Assembly (NCBI GenBank): GCA_951406725.2
Contig: OX597814.1
Span: 61,008,001-61,072,000, forward strand
Origin: Octopus vulgaris
Taxonomy: Eukaryota
Direction of reading: 5' to 3'
Length of the DNA stretch: 64,000 bases
The first letter of the stretch is position 1. The number at the start of each line of letters is the position of its first letter. The position numbers and the translations under genes were made by a program. The notes below the pieces were generated by a model. That model did no database searches. It was not told where the DNA came from and saw only the letters and a program-made list of their open reading frames with translations. Shown here piece after piece: positions 26,858-39,976 of the stretch.

Positions 26858-29800
26858 TCATCATCATCATCATCGTTTAACGTCCGTTTTCCATGCTGGC
26901 ATGGGTTGGACGGTTTGACAGGAGGCCTCACCAGGCTCCAATCTGATCTGGCAGTGTTTCTACAGCTGGATGCCCTTCCTAATGCCAACCACTCTGTGAG
27001 TATAGTTAGTGCTTTTTACATGCCACCAGCATGAGAGCCAGTCAGGATGGTGGGGACTGGCATCAGGCACATTCAGATGATGCTTTTTACATACTATCAG
27101 CACAGGCAAAGAAGCCAGTCAGGGCACGGGTGTGGGGGACTGGCATCAACTACGTTCGGATGATGCTTTTTACGTGCCACTGGCACAGGGAGCCAGTCAG
27201 GTGGTACTGGTAATGACCCACGTATGAATGGTGCTTAATGCATGCCACCAGCAGGAGAGTCAGTTAGGTGACACTGGCATTTCCAATTGATTGTGATTTG
27301 ATTTTTGATTTTACTTGATGCAATAAGTCTCCTCATGCACAGCATGTCACCCGATGATTCAAAGGTACTTTTTAAATGGGCTGGTTATGTGATACTGGTA
27401 TAGGCTATGGCTGTGATCTCAGTTTACTTGCCAGATCTTCTCAACCACAGCATATCTCCAGAGGTTCCGGTATTTTGTCATTGCCTCTGTGAGGCCCAAT
27501 GTTCGAAGGTCAAGCTTCACCACCTCATCCCATGTCTTCCTGGGTCTCCCTCTTCCACAGGTTCCTTCCACTTTCCGGGAGTGACACTTCTTCACACATC
27601 TCTCCTCATCCATACACAGCACATGACCATACCAGTGCAGTCATCTCTTTTGCACACTACATCTGCTGCTTCTTATGTCCAATATTTCTCTCAGGGTGCT
27701 TACACTCTGTCGTGTGTGCACACTGACATTACAAATCCAGTGGATCATACTAGCTTCATTTCTTTCAAGCCTACATATGTCTTCAGCAGTCACAGCCCAT
27801 GTTTAACTGTTGTGTAGCATGGCAATTCGCACACATGCATCATACAATCTACCTTTCATCTGGGCGAGAAGCCCTTTGTTACCAGTAGGGATAGGAGCTT
27901 TCTGAACTTTGCCCAGGCTATTCTTATTCTAGTGGTAATGCTCTCCAAGCATCTACCCCCACTACAAACTTGGTCACCCAGGTAGTGGAAGCTATCAACT
28001 ACTTCTGGTTTCTCCCCCAAGCATGTGATGGAATCTGTTTTCTGAGCATCTGCAGTGTTTATTGCTCCTGTGCATCTGCTGCACACAAAAGCTATCATCC
28101 CAGTTAATCTTCCTTTGATATTGCTGCACCTCTTATGCGTCAATAGCTTACACTGGGTACATCTTATGAAGTTTCTACTTACACCTTTTCTACAGAGCCA
28201 TCTACCTGAAGAGGTTTGTGATGTGTTCACATTCCTACTTACCAAGACTTTGGTTTTTGCAACATTGACTCTAAGGCCCTTCAATTCTAAACCTTGTTTC
28301 CACACCTGAAATTTCTTCTCTAATTCTGGTAGTGATTCCACTATGAGAGCAAGGTTATCAGCATAGAGGATCTCCCAGAGGCAACCTGTCTTGAATTCCT
28401 CTGTTATTGCCTGGAGAACTATGATGAATAAGAGGGGGGATGAGGGCTGATCCTTGGTGAACCCCTACTTCTACCTGGAATTCTTCACTATACTCATTGC
28501 CAACCCTTACCTTACTAATGGCATCCCTGTACAGGGCCTGTACAGCTCTTATTAACCACTCGTCAATCCCCAGTTTCTGCATCGCCAACCAGATAAGGGA
28601 TCAGGGGACCCTGTCAAAGGCTTTCTCCAAGTCAACAAAAACCAAGTATAGGGGTTTATCTTTGGCTAGGTATTTCTCCTGCAGGAATATAGCATCAGTG
28701 GTGCTTCTACCCAGCACAAAACTGAACTGCATCTCATCTAAGCAGACTCTCTCCCTAATTATTTGGGCTATGACCCTCTCTGTGACCTTCATTACCTGAT
28801 CCAGCAATTTGATACCCCTGTAGTTATTTCTATCCAAAACATCACCTTTACCTTTGTAGTAGTTGACTATGGTGCTGCTACGCCAGTCATTGGGTATGAC
28901 TCCTTCGTGAACTACCTGGTTTACAATACAGGTGACTAGACCATAACCCACACCACCAGATATTTTAAGCATTTCATCAGTGATTCCTGATGGGCTAGGA
29001 GCTTTTCCTGACTTCATATCCCTAATAGATTTATCTACCAGTGTGCTATCTATTCGGGTAGCTGGGTCAACATTTGGCAGGCTCTCCTCTTTCCACTCAT
29101 TCTCCACATTCATCAGCCTTTCATAATGGCTTCTCCAAGCCTCTTTCTTTGCAGAATCATTAAAAGCAAGTGCACCATCATCCATGCAGACATATTTCTC
29201 TCCTGTAACATCACAATTTTTTCTCACACTGCCTTGCAATCTGAAATACTTCAGTTCTTTGGTCCTCATGTCACTGAACATTGGCAAACTTCTTTTCTGC
29301 CTCTCCCTTGGCTATGTATACCTGTCATCCAGCTTCCCTTCTGGCTATCTGGTACAGTTCCCTGCTACCCCAACTCTTTGCTCTAATGGCCTTGTCTACT
29401 ATATTATTCCACCACCACAGAAGGGACTTTGCACCAGCCACAGATTTGGTCTGTGGCACTCAGTAAGCTGTTCTGTAGGAATTTCCAGTTACCCTCTGTG
29501 TCTGAAGTCTGTAGCTCTTCCTCTCATCAAATTTCTCAATGAGGATGTCCCTAAATTTCTGACCATGTGAAGGGTTCTTTAGCTTCTAAATCTTTCTTTT
29601 CTGGATTGGTCTGCTTCTTGGCATCCTTCTGGCCTCAAGTTTACAGTCACTAATAACTAGTCTATGCTGGGGCTTACATTCTTCACCAGGGAGGGTCTTT
29701 ATATTTAAGAGCAGCCTTGCATCCCACTATCTCATGAGGATGAACTCAATCTGGCTAGTGGGATTGTGGAAGCACTCTGTCGGTTACGACGACGAGGGTT

Positions 29801-30960
29801 CCGGTTGATCCGAATCAACGGAACAGCCTGCTCGTGAAATTAACATGTAAGTGGCTGAGCACTCCACAGACACGTGTACCCTTAATGTAGTTCTCGGGGA
29901 TATTCAGCGTGACACAGAGAGTGACAAGGCTGGCCCTTTGAAATACAGGTACAACAGAAACAGGAAGTAAGAGTGAGAGAAAGTTGTGGTGAAAGAGTAC
30001 AGCAGGGATCACCACCATCCCCTGCCGGAGCCTCGTGGAGCTTTAGGTGTTTTCGCTCAATAAACACTCACAACGCCCGGTCTGGGAATCGAAACCACGA
30101 TCCTATGACCACGAGTCCGCTGCCCTAACCACTGGGCCATTGCGCCTGGCTAGTAGAGTCACCTGATTGATAGGTTATCAGTTGGCTCTGTGGCTTCCTG
30201 AAGTTAGTGTTGCAGATTAATAGGTTGCATGCATCAAAGAACTCCAGTAGCTTAGTTCCCTCTTCATTTCAGAAATCAATTCCATGGCCCCTGTGAACAC
30301 CATGGAAAATACCGGATTGCCGTCCGACATGCCCATTAAAATCTCCAGCCACAAAGATAAGGTCATTGCCACTCGTTTTTTTTAGGTAGCCTGTAGAAGG
30401 TTATCATAATAGTGGTCCTTCTGATCATTTGGTAGGCCCGCTTGTGGGGCATAGACAGAGATAATTGTAGCTATACTATTCTGCAGGACTCTCCTGAGCT
30501 TAAGCACTCTTTCACATACCCTGACTATCTCTATGGCCTTATCCACCCATTTCTCCACAAGGAATATGCCTACACCCCCTACTCCATCACTGTTACCTTC
30601 CCAGAAGATTTTATACCTATGTGCCTTGCCTGTGAGGACCATAGCTGAAGCTCCTCTCCACCTTACCTCTTGTATGCAGTATACATCAACACATCTCCAT
30701 TCAAGCATCACTACAATCTCACTAGACCTTCCTTTCAATGTGCCTACATTGACAGTGCCAACTCTAAAAACTGGGAAAGGAATGTGGGAGGAGGCATGGG
30801 GAGATGAGATGTTATTCAGTGCCTGAAAAGAAGAAGAAGGTTTTCGTGTTCATTTGATAGACATGCTACACCCATTCTCACTTTTGACCTGTCATTCAAA
30901 CATTCAAGCATGTTAAGATTGTTGCCCTTACCGGGGTAGGAGTAGGTGTTAGCGACGTTA
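26858..30960 (-). mobile_element. RTE-clade LINE, near full length, decayed
   Basis: APE fragment (CIQEVRWRG...IISVYAPQ). RT fragments (NYRGIKLL, FVDLEKAFDRVP, VGVHQGSAL) and C-terminal GRGRPRKTW. 3' UTR ends acggacgttaaacgatgatgat. Confidence 0.9.
29760..30146 (-). mobile_element. tRNA-derived SINE nested in the RTE LINE
   Basis: Minus-strand head ggcgcaatggcccagtggttagggc...ggtttcgattccc (A and B boxes). TSD (c)tggctagt at 29751-29759 and 30146-30154. Confidence 0.9.
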
Positions 30961-32962
30961 TAAGTATAAGCAGTATGGACATCATAAAATCGTAAATTTA
31001 AGCATTACTAGTGTTGCAGTTATAAGTAAATAAATAAATATAGATAAAGGAGAATATGAATATCAATATGCCAATGTTAGATTAAGAAGGCAGGCAGCTA
31101 AACTGGTTGCATTTGTCCCAGGAGTGAGAGAGGGAGAGGAAGTTGCAGGTATGATAGAGGATACCACCAGTGTGGGAGGGGGTTTCTGGTGAGAGAAAAG
31201 GGGAACAAGCATGCTCACACACACATACACAAGAACAAGCATGTTTATTTCCAGATTATTAGAACAAGAAGAGGAAGAGGCAATATATTTCCTTTGTTTA
31301 CACTTGTCAACTCTCTTCACAAGTATTTCTTCCTCTTTTTTCTTCTAATCCACCTCTCCTTTTTTTTCTTCCTTTCTTCCTCCTCCTTCTCTTCCTCCTT
31401 CCCATCTTCCATCTCTTCTAATAATCATAATCCTTTCTACTGTAGGCACAAGGCCTAAAATTTGGTAGGAGGGATTAAAGTCAATTAATCAACCCCAGTG
31501 CTCCACTGGCACTTAATTTATCGACCCCCAAAGGATGAAAAGCAAAGTCAACCTCAGCAAAATTTGAACTCAGAATATAAAGACAGATGAAGCATTTTGC
31601 CTGGAGTGCTAACAATTGTGCCTGCTCACTGCATTTAATATTAATAATAATAATAATAATAATTTCTACTAAAGCCACAAGGCCTAAATCAGGAGGAGGG
31701 AGCTAGTTGATCACATCAACCCCAGTGTTTCACTGGTACTTATTTCATCGACCCCCAAATGGATGAAAGGCAAAGTCAACCTCAGTGGAATTTGAACTCA
31801 GAATGTAGCAACAGGCAAAATACCATTAAGTATTTTGTCCAGTGTGTTAATGATTCCGCCAGCTTGCTGCCTTAGTAATAGTAGTAGTAATAATAAAATT
31901 GATAATGGTAACAAAGAAAGAATTTTATGTGGAAGAGAGAGATATAAATATAGAGAGTGTACTGAAGAATATGAAATAGTGAATGAGGTCTATGGAAAGG
32001 TGAAGAAAACAGAAACAAAATAATTGTAAATTAAACATTGAGAAACAGATATTTCCATCAGATATTTGTGTATCGTCATGTTTAATACATTTGAGTTTAA
32101 TTGGGTGTTATAAGGGCTTTTACTGCAGGAATAATTCTTGGAGAAAATTCTCCACCAGGACATGGGAAAGTGCATATTTTATTTTGGGCTATCATTGCAT
32201 TGTGTTGGGTTTAACTCCAACTTATATTAAATTGAATACCAGACATGAGCCAATGTGGGAGAGACTTTAACTCTTTTGCATTCATATTACTTTATCAAAT
32301 GTGATTCTATTTTATTCATCATGCATTGTAACTTTGAGATGTTGATGATGTGATTGTTTAGTTTTCAGAACGACATTGTAAGGTATGTATGAGACTTGTT
32401 GGATTATCATTACTTAAAAAAGCAAGTTTTTGGGGTTTTTTTTCGAGCCATGTTGTTATTAATATTATTAATCCTTACACATTTTTTCTCTCTCTGTTTG
32501 AACATAATGCATGTAGAATATTTGGGCCTGATATGGCCAGTTTAAAAGCTAAATAGTTAAGAGGTTGTTTGACTGGCAGAAAAAATAGCAAACTCTCCCA
32601 CAAATTCTTAAGATGATAATCTTTAAAAAAAATGATAATCCAACAAGGAAATCTCTTTATTGATTTTTGAGGTCTCAAATTAGGTCAACCCTACTACTTA
32701 AAAAAGCAAGTTTTTTTTTTTTTTCGAGCCATGTTGTTATGAATATACAACTATATGTGTATGTATGTGTATACCAATCATTGTCACTACCTTCAATATT
32801 AAGTTATGGTGTAACCTATGTGAAAGAAAAGTACCTGTATAGGTTGACATCAATGTTGCCTCGAAAGCTGCCAGAAACTTAATGACAATAATACTGGACT
32901 GTCTTAGAGCTCTTGTCTCTTGATAAGAAATCATGACTCATTACTTCTATTTTCTCTTCCAG

Positions 32963-33053
32963 TATCGATGCTAAATCTACTAGTATTCAAGTAACAGTTA
33001 AACAAGGGGGCCTGAAGTTATTACAGATTCAAGATAATGGCACCGGTATACAT
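32963..33053 (+). CDS. MLH1: MLH1 internal exon (equivalent to human exon 2), GHKL ATPase domain
   Basis: Acceptor tttctcttccag, donor gtaagt. 91 bp, starts in phase 2. Translates [30 protein letters not shown], with the DNGxG GHKL motif. Human exon 2 is also 91 bp. Confidence 0.96.
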
Positions 33054-33864
33054 GTAAGTAATCCTTTAGAATGATACCTCTAACACTTCAGTAAATCAAT
33101 TCTGCTTTTCCTATGTCCTTTAACACTTTAACCCTTTATTTCAGGTTTATATGTTTGTTGATGTTTAACCCAATTTGGCCTTGATTGAGCTCTATGATAA
33201 AAAAAAACATTCCAGTCTTGATTTACCTATCATCTTTTCTACTCTAGGCACAAGGCCCGAAATTTGGGTGGGTGGGGGCCAGTAAATTAGATCAACCCCA
33301 GTACACAACTGGTACTTAATTTATCGACCCTGAAAGGATGAAAGGCAAAGTCGACCTTGGTGGAATTTGAACTCAGAATGTAAAGACAGACGAAATTTCA
33401 CTAAGCATTTCACCTGGTGTGCTAACGTTTCTGCTAGCTCACCACCTCTTGATTTACCTATCTTATTTTCAGACATAGCATATCAAGAGCTACTATATTA
33501 TGCAGTAGGCATGATTAATCAATATACTGTGAAAGTGGAAGATGCAGCATCAGCCAACTATACATATCAGTAATCCCTACACATTTTTTTTCTCTCTGTT
33601 TTTTTTACCTCTCAATCCTTTGTCGAAGAGTAGGCTCAAAACATCAAGACTTTTTCATTCTTCCTGAGCATTACACTAATACACCTACTTGTTGTTCCTT
33701 CACCTCTCTTAATCTTTTGTTTTCTGCAAATTTGAACCATGTGTGTCTATGTGCGTGTGCATGTGCACGCGCGCATGTGGTTTTTAGAAAACATGTATCT
33801 GAAGAAGAAGCACACTCTATGAAGTAGAGTAGTCAATGATTTTTTACTGGGGAAGACCAGTTTA

Positions 33865-33927
33865 TGAAGTTACCCTGGGTTTCCCATCCATAAAGGATTT
33901 AACTTTATGGTGTATCATCAGACCCCA
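33865..33927 (-). ncRNA. Type-I hammerhead ribozyme (intact core)
   Basis: Minus strand: tggggt-CTGATGA-tacaccataaag[ttaaatc]ctttatggatgg-GAAAC-ccagg-GTA-acttca. Stem I includes two G-U pairs; stem II ccataaag/ctttatgg; stem III ACCC/GGGT. Confidence 0.72.
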
Positions 33928-34009
33928 AGACCTGTTGGCCTAAGACCTCTTTAAGATGTAATGAGGCTTTCCCCTCCATATTTTAAAGAGGTCTTAAGCC
34001 AACAGATCT

Positions 34010-34072
34010 TGGGGTCTGATGATACACCATAAAGTTAAACCCTTTATAGATGAGAAACCCAGGATAATCCCA
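34010..34072 (+). ncRNA. Hammerhead copy with damaged stems II and III (GTA to ATA)
   Basis: tggggt-CTGATGA-tacaccataaag...ctttatagatga-GAAAC-ccagg-ATA-atccca. Confidence 0.6.
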
Positions 34073-34119
34073 TAAACCAGCCTTCCCCAGTAATATGTAT
34101 ATGTGTGTGTGTGTGTGTG

Positions 34120-35447
34120 CATGGGTTGTACAAAATAATGGAAACACCTAGTATTCTAGCATCATAATTTTGAAATATCTATAAAACCGTCAAAAGCTTG
34201 TTTATTTTTATACTTTTTGATTTATTATTAGTGTTGCTTGATATGTTTTGCTAAAATTGCTGTTTCTTTACAGATATCATCAGAAAAAGGTAATTAAAAT
34301 TCATTAAAATGACAGATCTATCAGACTTTCAAAGAAGTCAAATTGTTGGTGCTCATATGGCAGGTGCTAACGTAACGAAAACAGTTGAAATGTTTGGTGT
34401 ATCAAGAAGTACTGTCTTGAAAGTAATGACAGCCTTTGAGAAAGAGGGGAAAACCTCCTTATCAAAACAAAACTCCGGAAAAAGACCAAAACTTTCAGAT
34501 TGGGACCATCGGACTCTTATGTGAATTGTTAGAAAGGATCACAAAAGTACAGCTCCCAAAATTACTGCAGAGCTTAATGACCACCTCAAGAACCCAGTCT
34601 CCACAAAAACTGTTCACCTGGAGCTGCACAAAGCTGGATTTCACGGGAGGGCTGCAATCAGAAAACCGCTACTTTCAAAAACAAACATTGCAAAGCATTT
34701 AGAGTGGAGTAAAAACCAACAGAATTGACCCCTAGAGCAGTAGAAGAATGTTATTTTCTTGGATGAATTATCCTTTACCTTATTTCTAGCCACCAGTCGC
34801 GTATACATGTGGAGACAGCCGAAAGAAGCATTTGACCCAGACTGCCTTCTTCTAACTGTTAAACATGGAGGAGGATCTGTGACGATCTGGGGGGGGAGGG
34901 TCTATATCTTGGAAATCTGCCAGCCCAGTGGTTTCCCTTCATGACAGAATTAATAGTCAAAACTATTCAAGCATTTTCCCTCTCTCTCACTTTCGGAGAG
35001 GCACTGAGCAGCTATACGCACACATGCATGATCAAATTCATCCTATGGTTGCGGAACTGTTTCTGGAGGGAAACACAATCTTTCAGGATGATAATGCACC
35101 AATTCACATAGCTAAAGTTGTTACTGAATGGCATGAAGAACATTCTAGTGAAGTTGAACATCCTACCTTGCCACCACAGTCCCCAGATCTCAATATTATT
35201 GAACATTTATGGTGCATTTTAGAAAAACAAGTAAGGAGTCGATATCCTCCACTATCATCACTACAAGAACTGGAGACTGTTTTAGCTGAAGAATGGACAA
35301 AAATTCCTTTGGAAGCAATTCAAATTTTGTATGAGTCCATACCTCATAGAATTAAAGATGTAATTACTGCCGAAGGTAGTTCTACCCCATAATAAAATAA
35401 ATTTGTTTGAAATTTTAAGGTGTTTCCATTATTTTGTCCAACCCCTG
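34120..35447 (+). mobile_element. Near full-length decayed Tc1-like transposon with DD36E spacing
   Basis: ~30 bp TIRs catgggttgtacaaaataatggaaacacct / aggtgtttccattattttgtccaacccctg. Disrupted transposase at 34309-35392: MTDLSDFQRSQIVGA HTH, VIFLDEL, VKHGGGSVTIWG, QDDNAPIH...SPDLNIIE. Confidence 0.92.
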
Positions 35448-35466
35448 TATATTCAATTACAAATCA

Positions 35467-35897
35467 AGAGCAGCTCTAGTGTTGTAAACAGTATCGACTA
35501 CCCATATTCAATGTATGTGTTTTGCTGGTTTGTCAGTTCACTGCGATTTAGTGCCTTGGAGGCAACCCTGTCATAATGCTGGGTGCTTTAACACCTGAAA
35601 GTCATAGGTAGGCAAGACAACTCAACTCCAATCCCATTCAGGAGTGATGGATACCGATATTTTGCCATTTCTGTGGCTTATCAACATAACATACCTGAAT
35701 TGAACACGGGCCAAACCGAATTGCCTGTCTATGACTAAATTACAATGCATACATAAGATTAAATTCAATTATGTATAAAGAGCAGCACTATTGTTGTAAA
35801 CATTATCAACTGCACATACTCAATGTATGTGTTTCACTTGTTCGCCAGTTTGCTGCTGTGTTGTGCTTTGGGGCTGACTCCTTCATAGCACTAGATG
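35467..35897. repeat. Diverged direct repeat, ~312 bp period
   Basis: agagcagctctagtgttgtaaacagtatcgact... at 35467 versus agagcagcactattgttgtaaacattatcaact... at 35779. Confidence 0.7.
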
Positions 35898-38800
35898 TTA
35901 CAGGTGTGCTGAGAAGTTGCTGGCTTTGGGTAAAAAAAAATACAGGAGAATCAGTTAATTATGGTTTTATTCCCCTCCTGTATTTCCCTCTGAGATTCAC
36001 ACACTTATTGCAGTGGTCCTTCAGTTTTTCTAAGCTTTGTAAAAGAACTCAGAAGGTTTGAACTTTTCAGCACCCCCACCTATATAAATGGTGACTGTCA
36101 ACCTGTCAATAAATATGAGCATCACTGACAAATTTACTTATCCTAAACGTTTAAAGACAGTAGCAACTTGCACAACATTTCTATGACTCTCGCCTACAAA
36201 GCCAAGTAGTCCAGAACTTAAGAACAAAATCTCTAGCATTGCAATGAAACAGGTATTATTTTAGCATTTCCTTCTCCTGGAGAAATGTCTAATCAAAGAC
36301 TATGGGTCTCTCACTCTCCAGCTGTTGGATGGTTGTTGATTCTACTGAGTTCATCAGTCAGGTTTTATTTTGTGTCCTGCAAGATGTCCAACAAAAACCA
36401 TCCTCCTTAGCAATTAGCTTCGTAAGATTGCTGGTTGCCAATATCCTGACTGTGTGACTGGTTGTACTAAGTTACATGGTACTAGCAGCATTATAGTGAC
36501 CTTATGTAAATATATATATTTTGTGTGTATGCATGTGTGTGTGTGTGTGTGTGCATATATTTATATACACACATACACACACATATATGGAACAAAACCT
36601 CCATAGACTGGAAACTCTTAAACAAGTATAACCCTTACTTCAATTAGAATCCCAATGAAGGACAATCATGAAGTGTCAATACCTGGCCTGATACATACAA
36701 CAAAACCACCATAAACTAAGAAACCAAGAATTCCTTAAGTTTCAACCCTACATAAACTAGATTCTCAATGAAGGACAACTTCAAAACCACAAGAACACAA
36801 GATATGAAAGGTTCACAGTCAACAACACACATAAATAAACAAGCACTTCAAACATATATATATGTATATCCATTCTTCAGCAGCCTATTGGATATCATTA
36901 TGATTTTAATACCTGGTTAGTACCATTCAATCTGGTGGTGTCAACAGCATTTAAAAATATAAACACCTTCTGTGTAGTACCTTATGCAAGTATCTTCTCC
37001 AATAGCCCCAGGCTGACCAATGCCTTGTGAGTGGACATGGTAGGCAAAATTGGAAAGAAGCTTGCTGTATTTGTTTGTGCGTGTGTGTGTGTGTGTGCGT
37101 GCGTGTGTGCATGCGTGCTTGTATCTCCTTCTCTTGTCATTACGTGATAGTTTTAAATGAGTGTCACTGTCATATACACGTAGCAGCATTCATTTCCAAT
37201 ATTCTGCAAGAACATGTCTGACCATGGGAGAAAATATTACCTTATTTGGAAACAGGTAAGGGTTGGTGACAGGAAGGTCATCTGGTTGAAGAAAACCAGT
37301 CTCAAATAAACTCTGTTTGACCCATGTAAGCATGGAAAAATGGACATTAAAACAACAACAGCGGCAGTGAAGAAGAAGAGGAAAATACTGCCTCAAAAAG
37401 TCCCATTCAACTCATGCCAGCATGTACATAAAAGCAGTGACAATAATGTGTGCCATAGACACAGCTACAATTATAAACACTTGCAAAATATATGTATTAT
37501 TTACTGAGACTCAGTTATAAGATTCCACAATATTCTTCTATATGTGTGCTAACCATTGCAAATGTGGAAATCCACTACAAGCACCAGCTGCTTTAGACAT
37601 GAAATAAGTAATTATTTTCTAAAGCAAAGTCAATTAATCAAAATGAAATAGTTTTTTGGTTGTTACATTTATTGTTGCTTTTGTGTTTCTTCTATCATTC
37701 GTTAAATGCCAAAATAAGAAATTATTAGATTTTGTAAATTGAAAGATTTTGTTGTCTTTTCTCATAAATAAAAGGAAACAAATTTAGATTTTTCAAATTC
37801 CATTAATCCATTTCAAATGTAGAGATTAATTCATCATTGCAACAATTTTGTATTTCTTCTAAAACCTATGTTCATTTATTATTAACCATCTTCTTGATCA
37901 AATATATTCAGTATACAGCTGTTATTGTTGTTGTTAGTTTTAGGTTAGCCCTACATTCACAAGTGGCCACCTCATCTCTCTTTTTTTTTGTATCAGAGAT
38001 TATATTTTATTTAAGATGGTAATGTGTGATTTAACCCTCTGTCAAATGTAATGCTTATTTATTCACTTTGTTTTGAATTAATTATGCATTGTCACATAGG
38101 TGTAAACTTTTGATAATGTGGTTGTTTATTTTTAGAATGAATTTGTAAGGTAGGTGTGAGAAGACAGATCATAAAATAGGTAGAATGTTGAGCCTGGTAT
38201 GGTCAATTTAAATGCTAAAGGGTTAAGGAAGATTTTGCTGTTATTTCTAGTATGTTGAGTGACCACAAAAAAGCTCTTTCAGTATACACTTTGTTTATGA
38301 TATACAATTATCATATTTTTTTTATGCTTTTCACATATTTGTATGATTCAGTTTGTTTTCATGGTGATGCCTAACTCAAAGCTTCTTCAACCACCAGCAG
38401 CTGTTTGACCATATTCCAAATATCTTTTATCTCTCTCTTTCTCACCTCCAAACTCCACGTTAACCAAACAACTGTGGTCTCTGCACTGATCACATTGTCC
38501 AACAACTACCTATGCAAAGCTATCTATGATAGATCAACATACTCCACAACCTACGCACCCCCAAGTTTACCTCCTAACCATATGGTACTTCAAGTCAGGC
38601 TAGAACTCAGTCAGTCTTCACATATAAGCTGGTGAGTGAATCCATCAGCATAGACATGTCACTTCAAATCCCACACACAACTAAAACCCATAACTGCAAG
38701 TCCCCCGAGTGGTTACCACCACATTGTCATCATCATCATCATCATCATCGTCCTTTAACATCTGTTCTCCATATTGTCATGGATTGGACAGTTTGATAAG

Positions 38801-39976
38801 ATTTGGAGAGCTGCACCAGTCTCCAATTGTCTATTTTGACATGATTTTTACTGTGGATGCCTTTCCTAATGTCAACCACTTTACAGTGTGTGTTGGGTGC
38901 TTTTAATGTGGCACCAACATGAATGCTTTTACATGGAACTAGCACAAGTGCTTTTTATGTGGTACCAGCACAGGGCTCTTGCAGGCCATTCCACTTCATC
39001 AGGGAAAGTGGCATCAACTTTTCTGCTGTGGAGGATGGGGCTTGAGTACAGCAAGCCACCAGGTATCTCGCTTCTTTGTCATTTCTTCTATAAGGGTCTA
39101 TGTCCTGAGGTTGTCCTTCAGTACTTCACCATTTTGCTTCCTGAGTCTCCCTCTTCCTTGAGTTTCATCCACTATAAGTCACCAGCAGTTTTTATGGTGC
39201 TGTCAACAACCATCTACACCACATGACCAAACCAGCACGGTCTTCTCTCTTGTAGTTATGCCAATCTTTGGAAACATTCCAATGAAAGGCAATCTCTGTG
39301 AACATACCAACTATCAACTTACTGCTCTCTCTCTCTCTCTCTCTCTTTTCCCACACACACAGGTGTCGCAGGCAATTGTTAACAGTCATCTTCTCCAACA
39401 CTTCTAATTCCTCTCTCTTCTTAATGAAACCCCAGTACAGCTTTCATAGAGCCACAGATTACTTTCTTATAACATTCCACACTGGTCCTTTGCTCTTGAG
39501 CACTTTGACAAAAGCGATGGGATTTGCAGTGGCATTCAGTTAAGGCTTTGCCATGATAATCTTATAGCTAAGCTGCCCATTGCACAATTTCTTTCTAGTC
39601 TGCAAATCCTCTGCATTCCTTAGGGGATGTTTTATTGCCATGAAATATACACATGCATAATCATCGTACAGTCTCAATATACAGCCATGCTATTTACTGC
39701 TTTGTTGCCATTAGAGGTAACAGTTCCTTGAATGATTTTTTTTTACCCTGTTTTTACTCTGCCTTCCAAATACCAATCCCCACCAGTAATTTCATCTATG
39801 CCTATATATGCATGTATATGTGTGTAGTGTGTGTATGTATGCATATATATTTAAATGCTTGCATAATGAGAGAGAATGGAGAATCAAGATGTGTCCACAA
39901 ATAACTTTGTAACATATAACTATCCTTTCAGCACACTTTACTATAAGATCATTCTTTGTTTCTGGTTAATTTACAG

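Larger units (their letters stand above)
33844..34093. repeat. ~250 bp inverted repeat carrying two hammerheads, inside an MLH1 intron
   Basis: ttactggggaag...taagacctctttaa versus ttaaagaggtcttaa...cttccccagtaa, with a short central spacer. Confidence 0.92.

Noticed and set aside
27005-27260. Repeated gtgcttttacgtgccac motif with variable spacers, superficially CRISPR-like
   Set aside because: Degenerate internal repeats of the RTE 3' UTR, also seen at 12300-12445; eukaryotic context and no cas genes.
30075-30146. tRNA-like sequence with A and B boxes (also 46425-46497)
   Set aside because: SINE heads followed by SINE body and flanked by TSDs; not tRNA genes.
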